From Sulfuriferula thiophila (GTDB lineage: Bacteria; Pseudomonadota; Gammaproteobacteria; Burkholderiales; Sulfuriferulaceae), in the NCBI RefSeq assembly GCF_003864975.1, contig NZ_BHGL01000028.1:6211-38210 (forward strand): a stretch of DNA of 32,000 nt, in the 5' to 3' direction. Below are positions 1 to 8,713 of this stretch, one piece after another. The position numbers and the translations under genes were made by a program. Under the pieces are notes generated by a model that saw only the letters and a list, made by a program, of their open reading frames with translations, was not told where the DNA came from and did not search any database. Numbering within the stretch: the first letter of the stretch is position 1; each line of letters opens with the position of its first letter.

Positions 1-908
1 CCATCCAGCGATTTCACATGCAAGGGTTGCGTTGCTACACTGCTGATTTGCATCACTGCCAGTGCATCCCAGCCGCCATCAGGGGCAGGTTGGGCATTCA
101 CTACCATACCCATGGCCTGACCTTCCATATCCGGGCTGTAAATCTCGTCGCCGGCAGCCATTGCCACCTCAGCGTGCACCAGATACATGCGCCGTTTCAA
201 TTTACCCAGATATTGGGTACGCGCAACAATTTCCTGCCCGGTGTAACAGCCCTTCTGGAAATTTACGCTATTGGTCAAATCGAAATTTACCATTTGCGGT
301 ACAAACTGTTCCTGTGTCGCAGCCACGATAGTTGGTACACCGGCACGTATTTCCAGCCATTGCCACTGATCCATGTCGATAGCAGTGGCTTGTTGTGCGA
401 TCTGCGCTAATACACCGTCTCTGTCTGCAGCCGGCACCGTAAGCTGGTAACGCTCGCTCGCCAGACGAATCACACTGACAGCACCCGCCTCGGCCGTTTT
501 CATATCCGCATCGATTTCACAGCCAGTCAGCGCTTTAACCACCGCGGCGGCGCCATGACCGGCGATACCCAGGCGCAGCCATTCCTCACGCGCATCACGT
601 GCTTTCACTTTGGACCGCAAAATATACATGGACAGTCGTTTTTGCAATGCGGGCTGCAACTCGGCTGCCAGTTGCAGATACGTACTCTCTCCCTGTTGCC
701 ACAACAGGAAGCTGCCAAGCAAACGCCCCTTGGGTGAACAGAATCCGCTGTATTGAGCCTGATGCTGGGCCAGTTGACGCGCATCATTTGTCAGCTGCCC
801 CTGCAAAAATGTCGTGGTATCGTCACCCTCAAAGGCAATTAAACCAGACTGGGAAAGATCAGCATAAACCGCCTGCGTCGCGAGTATTTCGGTTAAAGAG
901 TGTGCCAT
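1..908 (-). CDS. ygfZ: Folate-binding tRNA-modification protein YgfZ (3' end runs off the window start)
   Basis: Absent from the ORF track because it is open to the window edge. The reverse-strand ATG at 908..906 gives MAHSLTEILATQAVYADLSQSGLIAFEGDDTTTFLQGQLTND... Reverse translation of 183..260 gives FQKGCYTGQEIVARTQYLGKLKRRMY, which contains the KGCYxGQE signature of YgfZ/GcvT-like proteins. The + strand ORFs 18..410 and 62..331 are antisense to it. Confidence 0.85.
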   Translation of the reverse strand, partial: MAHSLTEILATQAVYADLSQSGLIAFEGDDTTTFLQGQLTNDARQLAQHQAQYSGFCSPKGRLLGSFLLWQQGESTYLQLAAELQPALQKRLSMYILRSKVKARDAREEWLRLGIAGHGAAAVVKALTGCEIDADMKTAEAGAVSVIRLASERYQLTVPAADRDGVLAQIAQQATAIDMDQWQWLEIRAGVPTIVAATQEQFVPQMVNFDLTNSVNFQKGCYTGQEIVARTQYLGKLKRRMYLVHAEVAMAAGDEIYSPDMEGQAMGMVVNAQPAPDGGWDALAVMQISSVATQPLHVKSLD

Positions 909-988
909 TTGGATTATTCACAGAATAGGATAGATAGGAAGTGGTTTTATTCTACCTAAAAATCACTTCATAAAAAATGCAGGCAACA

Positions 989-1016
989 AAAAAGCCGACC
1001 ATCAGGTCGGCTTTTT
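989..1016 (-). terminator. Rho-independent terminator after the lipoprotein gene
   Basis: aaaaaGCCGACC-atca-GGTCGGCttttt: a 7-bp GC-rich stem extended by A/T pairs, with a 4-nt loop. On the minus strand it is followed by a T run. It lies 20 nt downstream of the stop at 1036. Confidence 0.7.
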
Positions 1017-1035
1017 CATAAACAAGAATAAATTC

Positions 1036-1305
1036 TTATTTAGCGGCAGCGTCAGCAGCAGCAGCTGGAGCAGCGGCTTCAGCAGCGGCTGGAGCAGCAG
1101 CAGCAGCAGCGTCAGCAGCAGCGGCTGGAGCAGCAGCAGCAGCAGCGGCTGGAGCAGCAGCAGCAGCGTCAGCAGCAGCAGCAGGAGCAGCGGCTTCAGC
1201 AGCAGCAGGAGCAGCGTCAGCAGCAGGAGCTGCAGCTTCATCTTTTTTACCACAAGCGGTCAGGGTTAAAGCCATCAGAGCAGCGATCAGCAAGGAACGG
1301 GTCAT
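1036..1305 (-). CDS. Small lipoprotein with an Ala/Pro/Asp/Glu low-complexity body (H.8/Lip-like composition)
   Basis: The track ORF is 1036..1392, but the internal ATG at 1305..1303 has GGAGA 8 nt upstream (1314..1318). It yields MTRSLLIAALMALTLTAC|GKKDE..., a classic signal peptide with an L-T-A-C lipobox. The remaining ~65 residues are only A, P, D and E, ending in K. Confidence 0.7.
   Translation of the reverse strand: MTRSLLIAALMALTLTACGKKDEAAAPAADAAPAAAEAAAPAAAADAAAAAPAAAAAAAPAAAADAAAAAAPAAAEAAAPAAAADAAAK
1042..1238. repeat. GCN/GCA-GCA triplet tract with a repeated unit agcagcggctggagcagcagcagcagc
   Basis: There is an uninterrupted 3-nt periodicity (gcagcagcagc...), and the ~27-nt motif recurs three times between 1081 and 1170. 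The tract encodes the poly-Ala/Pro body of the lipoprotein and creates a spurious poly-Leu ORF in another frame (1002..1253). Confidence 0.85.
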
Positions 1306-1542
1306 TATATAAATCTCCAAAATTTTAAAATTACAAAAAATCCAACTTGCACACGCTATGAACGGAAGCGCAAGCGTGGACAAACGAAACATCTTTTCGT
1401 TCGTAGGAAAATTATACGCAATATTTTTTATTTGTGTGCGCCTGTTATTAATTTTTTTCGCATATTAGCAACACCACAGCGTGATAAAATATGAAATTCA
1501 CCTTATTTAACACTTTGACACATCACCCTGAGGATATTTGCC

Positions 1543-2790
1543 ATGTTTAATCTCCAAGACACCATCGCCATTACCGATCCGGACTTATGGAAAGCAATGG
1601 AAGATGAGCGCGGTCGCCAGGAAGACCACATAGAGCTGATTGCTTCCGAAAATTACACCAGCCCGGCGGTAATGGAAGCACAAGGCTCCGTGTTGACCAA
1701 CAAATATGCCGAAGGCTACCCAGGCAAGCGTTACTACGGCGGCTGTGAGTTTGTCGACGTCGCAGAACAATTAGCTATTGATCGCGTTAAACAGTTATTT
1801 GGTGCCGAATACGCCAACGTGCAGCCGCATTCCGGTTCACAAGCCAACGCGGCGGTTTACTTATCTGTGCTCAAACCCGGTGACACTATACTTGGCATGT
1901 CACTGGCTCATGGCGGTCACTTGACCCACGGCGCTTCAGTGAACTTCTCCGGCAAGTTATTTAATGCAGTGACCTATGGCCTGCATCCTGAAACCGAAGA
2001 GATTGACTATGCCGAAGTCGAGCGCCTGGCGCTGGAGCACAAGCCTAAAATGATCGTTGCCGGTGCATCTGCCTATTCCCTGGTTATCGACTGGCAACGT
2101 TTTCGCAAAATTGCAGACAGCGTAGGGGCTTACCTGTTCGTCGACATGGCGCATTATGCCGGTCTGGTCGCGGCAGGTATCTATCCTAACCCGGTCGGTA
2201 TTGCTGATTTCGTCACCTCCACGACCCACAAGACATTACGCGGCCCACGTGGCGGCCTGATTATGGCTCGCGCCGAGTTTGAAAAGCAGCTGAACTCCAG
2301 CATTTTCCCGGGCACCCAGGGCGGCCCGTTGATGCACGTTATCGCGGCCAAAGCGATTGCCTTCAAGGAGGCCATGAGCGACGACTTCAAAACCTACCAG
2401 ACACAAGTGATTGCCAATGCCCGCATCATGGCAACCACACTACAAGCCCGTGGCTTGCGTATTGTGTCCGGCCGCACTGATTCACATTTATTCCTGCTGG
2501 ACCTGTGTGCTAAAAACATTACCGGAAAAGATGCTGAAGCAGCACTGGGACGCGCGCACATTACCGTTAACAAAAATGCGATTCCTAATGACCCGCAAAA
2601 GCCTTTTGTCACTTCAGGCATCCGTATCGGCACCCCGGCCATGACCACCCGCGGCTTTGGCGCTAAAGAAGCTGAGCAGCTTGCCCACCTGATTGCAGAC
2701 GTATTGGACGCACCAGCAGACGATGCCGTCATTGCCCGCGTAGCCACAGCCGCACAGGCTTTGTGCAAGCAATACCCTGTCTACGGCTAA
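1543..2790 (+). CDS. glyA: Serine hydroxymethyltransferase
   Basis: 415 aa with GAGGA 8 nt upstream of the ATG. SHMT hallmarks are present: ...[39 protein letters not shown]... and the PLP-lysine context [14 protein letters not shown]. Confidence 0.97.
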   Translation: MFNLQDTIAITDPDLWKAMEDERGRQEDHIELIASENYTSPAVMEAQGSVLTNKYAEGYPGKRYYGGCEFVDVAEQLAIDRVKQLFGAEYANVQPHSGSQANAAVYLSVLKPGDTILGMSLAHGGHLTHGASVNFSGKLFNAVTYGLHPETEEIDYAEVERLALEHKPKMIVAGASAYSLVIDWQRFRKIADSVGAYLFVDMAHYAGLVAAGIYPNPVGIADFVTSTTHKTLRGPRGGLIMARAEFEKQLNSSIFPGTQGGPLMHVIAAKAIAFKEAMSDDFKTYQTQVIANARIMATTLQARGLRIVSGRTDSHLFLLDLCAKNITGKDAEAALGRAHITVNKNAIPNDPQKPFVTSGIRIGTPAMTTRGFGAKEAEQLAHLIADVLDAPADDAVIARVATAAQALCKQYPVYG

Positions 2791-2796
2791 ACGCAG

Positions 2797-3246
2797 ATGA
2801 AATGTCCATTCTGCGGTTCTTTCGACACACACGTTGCGGATTCGCGGGTGTCGGAAGCCGGCGACTCGGTACGACGCCGGCGGCGTTGCGGTGCCTGTGA
2901 TAAACGTTTCACCACCTACGAAACAGTGGAGTTACGCTTGCCACAAGTCGTTAAAACCAACGGTAGCCGCGAGGAGTTCTCGCCCGCCAAGCTGCGCGAA
3001 GGGTTTCGCCGCGCGCTGCATAAGCGGCCAGTCCCTACCGAATATGTCGACCAGGAAATTGAATTGATCGTTAAACACGTGCTGTCACTGGGCGAACGTG
3101 AAATACCGGCACGCCAGATCGGAGAAATGGTCATGCAGGCGCTGAAACGACTCGATAAGATTGCCTACATCCGTTTTGCCTCCGTATATAAGAGCTTTCA
3201 GGATGTCGATGATTTCCGCGACGTATTAAAAGATCTGGACAAGTAG
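2797..3246 (+). CDS. nrdR: Transcriptional repressor NrdR
   Basis: 149 aa. It has an N-terminal Zn ribbon (MKCPFCGS...[12 protein letters not shown]) followed by an ATP-cone, and starts 6 nt after glyA. Confidence 0.95.
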   Translation: MKCPFCGSFDTHVADSRVSEAGDSVRRRRRCGACDKRFTTYETVELRLPQVVKTNGSREEFSPAKLREGFRRALHKRPVPTEYVDQEIELIVKHVLSLGEREIPARQIGEMVMQALKRLDKIAYIRFASVYKSFQDVDDFRDVLKDLDK

Positions 3247-3248
3247 GC

Positions 3249-4358
3249 ATGTGGACAGCCGATGATTACTCCTACATGGCGCAGGCGTTACGCCTGGCTG
3301 AACGCGGTTTGTATACCACTTCTCCCAATCCGCGGGTAGGTTGCGTCATCGTCAAGGATCATGTCATCGTTGGTGAAGGCTGGCATCAGCGGGCAGGTGA
3401 GCCTCATGCCGAAGTGCTGGCATTACGTCAGGCCGGCACATCCGCCCGTGGCGCTACGGCTTATGTCACATTGGAGCCATGCAGCCACTTTGGCCGCACC
3501 CCGCCGTGCGCCGATGCGCTGGTAGCTGCAGGCGTTGCCCGGGTGGTTGCCGCCATGCAGGACCCCAATCCGCAAGTTGCGGGCAGCGGACTGGCCCGCC
3601 TTGCTGCAGCAGGCATAACCACCAGCAGCGGCTTACTGGCAGCACAAGCGCAACAACTTAATATCGGCTTCATCCAGCGCATGACCCGCGCACGCCCCTG
3701 GCTGCGCATCAAAACCGCCTCATCACTGGATGGTAAAACCGCGCTCGCCAACGGCGACAGCAAATGGATTACTGCTGCCGCCGCGCGCCTCGATGTGCAT
3801 CGTCTGCGTGCACGCTCCTGCGCTATTCTGACCGGGATCGGCACTGTATTGGCAGACAACCCGCAGCTCAACGTACGCGACATCGAGACGACGCGCCAAC
3901 CCCTGCGAATTATCGTCGACTCGCACTTGCGTACGCCGACAGATGCCAGAATACTGCAGGACAAAGGCGCAATAATTGCTTATACTCAAGCCGACGCTTC
4001 TGCGCGGGAGGGCCTGATCCAAGCAGGTGCAGAGCTGATACAAGTGGATGATTTACAGGGCAAGGTTGATTTATCGGCACTGATGGCTATATTGGCACAG
4101 CGTGGCATTAACGAGATCATGACCGAGGCAGGCGCGCATTTGAATGCTGGCTTGATCATGGCGGGTCTGGTCGACGAGTGGGTGATGTACCTCGCCCCGA
4201 CTTTACTCGGCGATACGGCGCGCGGCTTATTCACGCTACCCGAACCCGCCGGGATGAGCAGTCGTCGCGAATTAAGCATTCACGATGTACGCCAGATCGG
4301 CTTGGATTTACGCATTACGGCACACTTTGAACACACGACACAACAATCAATCCACTAG
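3249..4358 (+). CDS. ribD: Bifunctional riboflavin biosynthesis protein RibD (pyrimidine deaminase / uracil reductase)
   Basis: 369 aa. It has the CMP/dCMP-type deaminase motifs HAEVLAL and PCSHFGRTPPC, followed by a RibD C-terminal reductase domain. The nrdR-ribD adjacency is typical. Confidence 0.95.
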   Translation: MWTADDYSYMAQALRLAERGLYTTSPNPRVGCVIVKDHVIVGEGWHQRAGEPHAEVLALRQAGTSARGATAYVTLEPCSHFGRTPPCADALVAAGVARVVAAMQDPNPQVAGSGLARLAAAGITTSSGLLAAQAQQLNIGFIQRMTRARPWLRIKTASSLDGKTALANGDSKWITAAAARLDVHRLRARSCAILTGIGTVLADNPQLNVRDIETTRQPLRIIVDSHLRTPTDARILQDKGAIIAYTQADASAREGLIQAGAELIQVDDLQGKVDLSALMAILAQRGINEIMTEAGAHLNAGLIMAGLVDEWVMYLAPTLLGDTARGLFTLPEPAGMSSRRELSIHDVRQIGLDLRITAHFEHTTQQSIH

Positions 4359-4366
4359 GGGAAATC

Positions 4367-5368
4367 ATGCTTTGGTTAGAATTATTCGGCTTTTTAATTG
4401 TTATTCTGGTCGCAGCGGAAGTATTCGTTAACGCGCTGGAACATCTGGGCGAAAAGCTCAAAATTTCAGAAGGCGTAACAGGCTCATTATTCGCGGCTGT
4501 TGGCACTGCGCTACCGGAAACCATGGTGCCGTTACTGGCGATTTTTGCCGGTACTACGGATGCCGCTGTTAACCAGGAAATCGGCGTCGGTGCGATCCTG
4601 GGAGCCCCATTGATGTTGTCCACGCTGTCACTGTCACTACTGAGCTTTGCTGTGCTGAAAAAACGCGGTGTACAAGGCCATTACAACCCCGAGCGCACCG
4701 GCCTGACCCGTGACATGAATTTCTTTCTGGTTGCCTTCGGCCTGGCCTGCACTGCCATGTTCATACCGCACGACAATACCACCATGCGTGCCGTTTTTTC
4801 TTTTGGCATGGTGTTCATTTACTTCATCTATGTGCTGATGACCATACGCGCCTCTGCCAACCTAGTGAATGATGGCCACGCCACCGAGGCTGAAGGCGCG
4901 ATGTTCCTGAATAAAGTAGGCATCCCTACCAACATGGCCACCATAATTCTGCAGCTTGTGTTAGGTCTAGGGTTATTGGTGGCCGGCGCAGAGGGTTTCA
5001 TCCATGGCATCCAGCAGGCAGCGCCGATACTCGGCATTTCCGCACTGCTGTTATCACTGATGATCGTCCCGATCGCCACCGAACTACCGGAAAAAGTGAA
5101 CAGCATACTGTGGATACGCCGCCATAAGGACACGCTGGCATTTGGCAACATCACTGGCGCCATGGTATTTCAGGGCACGCTGCTGCCAGCAATCGGTATC
5201 AGCCTGACCCCGTGGACACCGCAGCCAGCGGTGTTCATGGGGATCGTCGTCACGCTCATTGCCGCTGCCTGGTTACGCCTGATGCTCGCACGTGGGCAAT
5301 TACGTGTGTGGCATTTATGGGTAAATGGCGCGTTATATGTCGCATATCTGGCAGCCATGCTGTTATAA
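4367..5368 (+). CDS. CaCA-family cation/Ca2+ (Na+/Ca2+) antiporter-like membrane protein
   Basis: 333 aa, polytopic and hydrophobic. It carries two alpha-repeat-like motifs (GVTGSLFAAVGTALPE and IATELPE...FGNITGAMVFQ). AGGGGA lies upstream of the ATG. Confidence 0.7.
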   Translation: MLWLELFGFLIVILVAAEVFVNALEHLGEKLKISEGVTGSLFAAVGTALPETMVPLLAIFAGTTDAAVNQEIGVGAILGAPLMLSTLSLSLLSFAVLKKRGVQGHYNPERTGLTRDMNFFLVAFGLACTAMFIPHDNTTMRAVFSFGMVFIYFIYVLMTIRASANLVNDGHATEAEGAMFLNKVGIPTNMATIILQLVLGLGLLVAGAEGFIHGIQQAAPILGISALLLSLMIVPIATELPEKVNSILWIRRHKDTLAFGNITGAMVFQGTLLPAIGISLTPWTPQPAVFMGIVVTLIAAAWLRLMLARGQLRVWHLWVNGALYVAYLAAMLL

Positions 5369-5375
5369 AAACCTA

Positions 5376-5406
5376 AGGATGCCAAGCGTACTTCGCTTGG
5401 CATCCT
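5376..5406 (-). terminator. Hairpin terminator between the convergent antiporter gene and pilR
   Basis: A perfect 13-bp stem, AGGATGCCAAGCG-tactt-CGCTTGGCATCCT. On the minus strand it is followed by taggTTTTTat. No T run follows it on the + strand. Confidence 0.6.
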
Positions 5407-5420
5407 GACTCAGCAAATCC

Positions 5421-6785
5421 CTAATCCATCCCCAGACGTTCCAAACGATAACGCAACGCACGAAAAGTAACACCCAGCAATTTGGCGGCTGCCGTTTTGT
5501 TGTAACGCGTTTTCTCCAATGCGGCCTGTATCGCCTCCCGCTCCAGCCTGTCCAGATAATCCTGTAGCGGCCATTGCATGCCCGGCTGGGCAATCTCACC
5601 TGCGTTTTCCTCTACCGCAGGCGTCAGGTGCAGGTCATCCACGTCGATTTGTACGCTGCTTGCCAAGGCTAATGCGCGCTCCAGAATATTCTCCAACTCA
5701 CGCACATTACCGGGGAAATCATATTGCGACAACGCCGTCGCAGCAGCCTTGGTCAGACTAGGGGAACCCATGCCGGCCTCACTCGCCAATCTTGCCAGCA
5801 ACGTTTGTGCAATCAACGGAATATCTTCACGCATCTCCCGCAATGCAGGCATTTTCAGGGTAATGACATTCAACCGATAAAACAGATCCTGGCGAAAACG
5901 CCCTTCCTCGACACATCGCGCCAAATGCTGATGGGTTGCGCTGATGATGCGCACATCAACGGGTTCTTCAACATTACTGCCCAGACGGCGCACTTTCTTT
6001 TCCTGTATCACCCGCAACAGCTTCACCTGCATGGCCAACGGCAGGTCAGCCACTTCATCCAGAAACAGCATGCCACCATTCGCAGCCTGAAAAAAACCAT
6101 CACGCTCATTATCTGCGCCGGTAAAAGCGCCTTTTTTATAACCAAAAAATTCCGATTCCATCAGGTTCTCGGGAATAGCGCCACAGTTAACCGGCACAAA
6201 AGCCATCGCCGCACGATTACTCTGCTGATGTATCAGCCGTGCCGCCAGCTCTTTGCCGCTACCCGATTCACCAGTGATATAGACCGGTGCCTGGGTACGG
6301 GAAAGTTTGGCAATCAATTCGCGTGCCTGCTGCATTGCGGCCGAATCACCCACCAAATTACGCCCGCCGGAATTTACCCGCTCAGGTAATTTCAATGCAG
6401 ACTTAACCAAAGCCCGCAATTGCTCCAGAGTCACCGGTTTATTAATATAATCAAACGCTCCCGCCTTGAGCGCGGTCACTGCATTATCGGTATTGCCATG
6501 AGCCGTAATTACCGCAACAGGGATAGTCGGTCGCTCTGCCTGTATGTAACGTACTATTTCCAGCCCATCGCCGTCCGGCAAACGCATATCGGTCAGGCAC
6601 AGATTAAATTCGCTCTGTTTCAAGCTCGCTATGGCGTCGGCCACACACGTCGCCTTCACCACATCCAGTCCCATACGCAACAGCGTGATCTCCAGCAATT
6701 CCAGAATATCCGCTTCGTCATCAACAATAAGTACGGTTGGGATCATTTCGCTAGCCTGACGCTTCAACATCCACCCTCCTGGCAA
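5421..6785 (-). CDS. pilR: Sigma-54-dependent response regulator, PilR-like
   Basis: It has a receiver domain (VLIVDDEADILELLEITLLRMGL...CLTDMRLPDGDGLEIV...AVITAHG) and an AAA+ sigma-54 activator core (GESGSGKELAARLIH, GAFTGA). It also has a C-terminal HTH (AAAKLLGVTFRALRYRLERLG). It is colinear by eye with P. aeruginosa PilR as I recall it. The start is ambiguous: ATG 6785, ATG 6770 (GGAGG 4 nt upstream) or ATG 6746. Confidence 0.88.
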   Translation of the reverse strand: MPGGWMLKRQASEMIPTVLIVDDEADILELLEITLLRMGLDVVKATCVADAIASLKQSEFNLCLTDMRLPDGDGLEIVRYIQAERPTIPVAVITAHGNTDNAVTALKAGAFDYINKPVTLEQLRALVKSALKLPERVNSGGRNLVGDSAAMQQARELIAKLSRTQAPVYITGESGSGKELAARLIHQQSNRAAMAFVPVNCGAIPENLMESEFFGYKKGAFTGADNERDGFFQAANGGMLFLDEVADLPLAMQVKLLRVIQEKKVRRLGSNVEEPVDVRIISATHQHLARCVEEGRFRQDLFYRLNVITLKMPALREMREDIPLIAQTLLARLASEAGMGSPSLTKAAATALSQYDFPGNVRELENILERALALASSVQIDVDDLHLTPAVEENAGEIAQPGMQWPLQDYLDRLEREAIQAALEKTRYNKTAAAKLLGVTFRALRYRLERLGMD

Positions 6786-8383
6786 GTAATTCTGAAATGC
6801 CCGCCTTTACCCGTAGACACACAATCCAGATAGGCCGCATTGGCATGACACAATTCTTTTGAAATATACAAACCTAACCCGGTACCACTCGACTCTGTGG
6901 TAAAAAATGGCTCAAACAATCGCGCCATATCTTTTTCGGCAACACCGGCCCCATCATCCATAATATGAATTTCCATCATGGCATTATCATGCTGAATTGC
7001 AACTTTCACGCTCCCCACCCGCTGCTGGCTATGCCGTAATGCATTCAAGCATAAATTCGTCATGACCTGATGCAAATGCCCGCGGTCGAAACAAATAAAG
7101 GCATCCGCGAATAAATCCAGACGAAACACGGCCCGATCCAGCGTCTGCGCATAACAGAACTCATCAATAAACTCTGATAAAAAAACATCCAGAACGATAC
7201 GCTCAGTCACGGTGCGATCACGCCGGTTCAAGGACATAACGTCCGTTACCAGACGGTTAATACGTTGCGTATTCTGCGCAATAATTTCCAGCAAACGCTG
7301 ATGACCGCGATCTCCGTCGTTATCTTCCTGCAATATCTCAGCAGCATGGCTGATTGCAGCCAGCGGATTGCGAATTTCATGGGCAATATTGGCTGTTAAG
7401 CGCCCTAATGCTGCCAACTTAATTTGTTGCGCCTGCTCATTAATACGCGTCATGTCTTCCAGCACCAGCACCGCCCCCATGACACGTTTATCGGTAACCG
7501 CAATAAAACGCGGCAAAAATTGCTCACCGTGCAAACCTAAGGAAATCGGTGGAAATTCAGCCTGTGGGTTCTTGCGCCACAAATCAAGATAATCAGAGAG
7601 TAACGGCACAGCACGCTGCAATTTGGTGCCGGCACCGGCATAAGCCAAACCAACACGACTCAGCAAACGCTTCGCCTGCTGATTTGCCTGGCGAATTTTG
7701 CCATCCCCATCCAGCACAACTACACCATCCTGCATATCATCAATCACCAGCTGATTGATCTGCGCCATATTTTCCAGATCTACGGCGCGTGCAGCAGCTA
7801 AAGCCTCGCTGAGACGATTGCGCTTGGCGAGAATATGCGCAACACCGGCTGTAGCAAAAAAGACTATTCCCAACAACCCGGCCTGGCCATAATCACTGAC
7901 AGCATGGTGATGATCCAGTACCCCCAGCGTCTGCACGATCAGCACCCCGGAAGCCGCCAGAGCAGCATGGAACATCACCATACGCCCCTGCGCCACCAGA
8001 CCACTGGAGGCCAGCGATACAATCAGCAGCAAGCCCAAGCCACTGCTTACCCCGCCGCTGGCTGCCATCATCAGCACGACAATGACAATATCGCCTATCA
8101 CCTGCACACCGAGTTGCACTTCAAATCGCGGTTGGCGCAAGCTGATAGTAACCACCGCAACCGCTGCAAAGCCCATATAAATAAGGCTATACAGATAGAA
8201 AATGACGGGGCTTTCCTGTCCGAATATCTGCTGTTCGGGTATAGACAGGCTCAGCAGCAGAAACAGGCTGGCAACAACCAGCCGATACAAATTCAGATAA
8301 TGCAGTGATTTCCAGCTACGCTCTGCACGGCCGCTCGCCAGTCGCGCTGCAGCCTTTACCCCCGCATCCGTCGCTATTGCCAC
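6764..8383 (-). CDS. pilS: Sensor histidine kinase, PilS-like (six N-terminal TM segments, PAS, HisKA/HATPase)
   Basis: 539 aa. The N-terminal ~190 aa hold six hydrophobic helices with PilS-like strings (LHYLNLYRL, GGVSSGLGLLLIV, YGQAGLLG). The H-box is ANIAHEIRNPLAAI and the ATP-lid is GTGLGLYISKEL. It lies directly upstream of pilR. Confidence 0.85.
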   Translation of the reverse strand: MAIATDAGVKAAARLASGRAERSWKSLHYLNLYRLVVASLFLLLSLSIPEQQIFGQESPVIFYLYSLIYMGFAAVAVVTISLRQPRFEVQLGVQVIGDIVIVVLMMAASGGVSSGLGLLLIVSLASSGLVAQGRMVMFHAALAASGVLIVQTLGVLDHHHAVSDYGQAGLLGIVFFATAGVAHILAKRNRLSEALAAARAVDLENMAQINQLVIDDMQDGVVVLDGDGKIRQANQQAKRLLSRVGLAYAGAGTKLQRAVPLLSDYLDLWRKNPQAEFPPISLGLHGEQFLPRFIAVTDKRVMGAVLVLEDMTRINEQAQQIKLAALGRLTANIAHEIRNPLAAISHAAEILQEDNDGDRGHQRLLEIIAQNTQRINRLVTDVMSLNRRDRTVTERIVLDVFLSEFIDEFCYAQTLDRAVFRLDLFADAFICFDRGHLHQVMTNLCLNALRHSQQRVGSVKVAIQHDNAMMEIHIMDDGAGVAEKDMARLFEPFFTTESSGTGLGLYISKELCHANAAYLDCVSTGKGGHFRITCQEGGC

Positions 8384-8385
8384 TA

Positions 8386-8601
8386 TCAGCCCCGATGCTC
8401 GCTTTGGTGTGCGTTGCTACAGAACCATGCCGCCTCGGAGCCAATAGCCTCACTGCGCGGCAAATGCACGCCACAGTGTGCACAACGCACCATATCTTCA
8501 GCGGATTTAGGCTTGGCGGAGGAAGGCGACGATGGCCGCTTAGAGCGCAACCACAAGTAAACGCCGCCGCCAATTAACAGAAAAAACAGGATTTTAGACA
8601 T
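8386..8601 (-). CDS. Small membrane-anchored Zn-ribbon (TRASH/MYND-like) protein; resembles proteins annotated 'PP0621 family'
   Basis: 71 aa. It has one N-terminal TM helix (ILFFLLIGGGVYLWL), a Ser/Pro/Lys linker, then MVRCAHCGVHLPRSEA...WFCSNAH (C-x2-C-x17-C-x3-H). The stop lies 2 nt before the pilS start. No clear SD is present, so coding confidence is moderate. The family name is from memory. Confidence 0.6.
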   Translation of the reverse strand: MSKILFFLLIGGGVYLWLRSKRPSSPSSAKPKSAEDMVRCAHCGVHLPRSEAIGSEAAWFCSNAHQSEHRG

Positions 8602-8713
8602 GAGAAATCAGCGCCAAAATGAACAAGTATGCGCTAATTATAGCCTGAAAGCAGGACTGGAATCGTGAGCAAAGCACGACTGGCTATAGTCCGGGACTGG
8701 CGACAAACTGCAC

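Noticed and set aside
18-410. Two overlapping + strand ORFs (130 aa and 89 aa) at the window start.
   Set aside because: They are antisense to ygfZ, whose reverse-strand translation carries the KGCYTGQE signature and a clean N-terminus at 908.
1002-1253. An 83-aa poly-Leu ORF (MVKKMKLQLLLLTLLLL...), possibly a membrane peptide.
   Set aside because: It is an alternative frame of the GCN triplet tract. The Ala/Pro frame has a proper RBS, signal peptide and lipobox, while this frame has none and runs through the terminator.
3240-3250. I looked for an FMN riboswitch upstream of ribD.
   Set aside because: ribD starts 2 nt after the nrdR stop, which leaves no room for a leader. None is present in the glyA-nrdR gap either.
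5724-6389. A 221-aa + strand ORF inside pilR. Similar cases are 7835..8308 (+) inside pilS, 13916..14524 (+) inside proS, 24296..24880 (-) inside leuS, 29172..29735 (-) inside map and 3461..3964 (-) inside ribD.
   Set aside because: All are antisense shadows of confidently identified genes. They have Arg/His/Cys/Gln-rich nonsense-like sequences and no independent start signals.
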